Positions 62,501 to 62,632 of a DNA stretch of 62,632 nucleotides are shown in pieces (positions within the stretch are counted from its first letter, which is position 1; each line of letters begins with the position of its first letter). The position numbers and the translations under genes were made by a program. Origin of the DNA: Nitrosopumilaceae archaeon. GTDB taxonomy: Archaea; Thermoproteota; Nitrososphaeria; Nitrososphaerales; Nitrosopumilaceae. The notes beneath the pieces were generated by a model that saw only the letters and a program-made list of their open reading frames with translations, was not told the origin of the DNA and did not search any database. Location: assembly GCA_033720715.1 (NCBI GenBank), contig JAWWBZ010000001.1, forward strand, positions 1 to 62,632. Reading direction: 5' to 3'.

Positions 62501-62632
62501 CTAATCATAAAAATCGACTAAATTTTTAATACTTTGCGATGCTTCATTATTTCCCTTCACATTACCAGTCTGCATATCGATATTCCAATCATATTGAATA
62601 TTTCCTTTGTATGATTCAAAATTAAACAACAC
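62501..62632 (-). CDS. C-terminal fragment of an unidentified ORF (5' end outside the window)
   Basis: Minus-strand frame is open from the window edge to TAG (complement of 62501-62503): ...VLFNFESYKGNIQYDWNIDMQTGNVKGNNEASQSIKNLVDFYD. Confidence 0.3.
   Translation of the reverse strand: MLFNFESYKGNIQYDWNIDMQTGNVKGNNEASQSIKNLVDFYD

Noticed and set aside
1-62632. Search for CRISPR arrays, rRNA genes, transposases/integrases, prophage or defence islands
   Set aside because: I saw no regularly spaced repeats, IS-like inverted terminal repeats, integrase/transposase/Cas-like ORFs or tRNA-adjacent integration scars. The Sir2 protein has the full sirtuin catalytic and Zn-ribbon motifs and sits in a housekeeping operon, so it is not a defence-type SIR2. 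The window looks like core chromosome.

Overview
AT-rich archaeal chromosomal segment. The gene content points to a marine ammonia-oxidising thaumarchaeon (Nitrosopumilus-like): Amt ammonium transporter, several PII-family proteins, multiple plastocyanin-like blue-copper proteins, cobamide genes (cbiH/cobJ, bluB, MtrA-like), sn-glycerol-1-phosphate dehydrogenase, RNAP subunit L, TFS, PCNA, aCPSF1 and proteasome beta subunit. All product calls come from motif and family recognition by eye, with no database search. The window is densely packed with about 90 CDS, mostly housekeeping genes in short, tightly coupled operons. It also holds three tRNA genes, one with an apparent intron in the D-loop. 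I saw no CRISPR array, rRNA, transposase, integrase or obvious mobile element. The best candidate for something new is the nitrogen-sensing locus at about 33.9-36.3 kb. There, a PII-like domain is fused to a C-terminal extension that looks like a ribbon-helix-helix module. It sits convergent to a glnK-like PII gene, which is divergent from amt, and a perfect 22-bp palindrome lies in that shared promoter region. Other items worth a second look: (1) small ORFs below the 60-aa track threshold, namely a tandem pair of paralogous 48/50-aa ORFs, a 39-aa Cys/His-rich metallothionein-like ORF, and extra zinc-ribbon ORFs; (2) two genes (mdh and a wHTH regulator) whose conserved N-termini lie upstream of any ATG/GTG/TTG and begin at CTG; (3) a J-domain protein with HSD instead of HPD next to a Cache-HAMP-class III cyclase; (4) an MtrA-like cobamide-binding protein in a non-methanogen; (5) an MscS-KamA-GlnA neighbourhood; (6) several operator-like palindromes and direct repeats.
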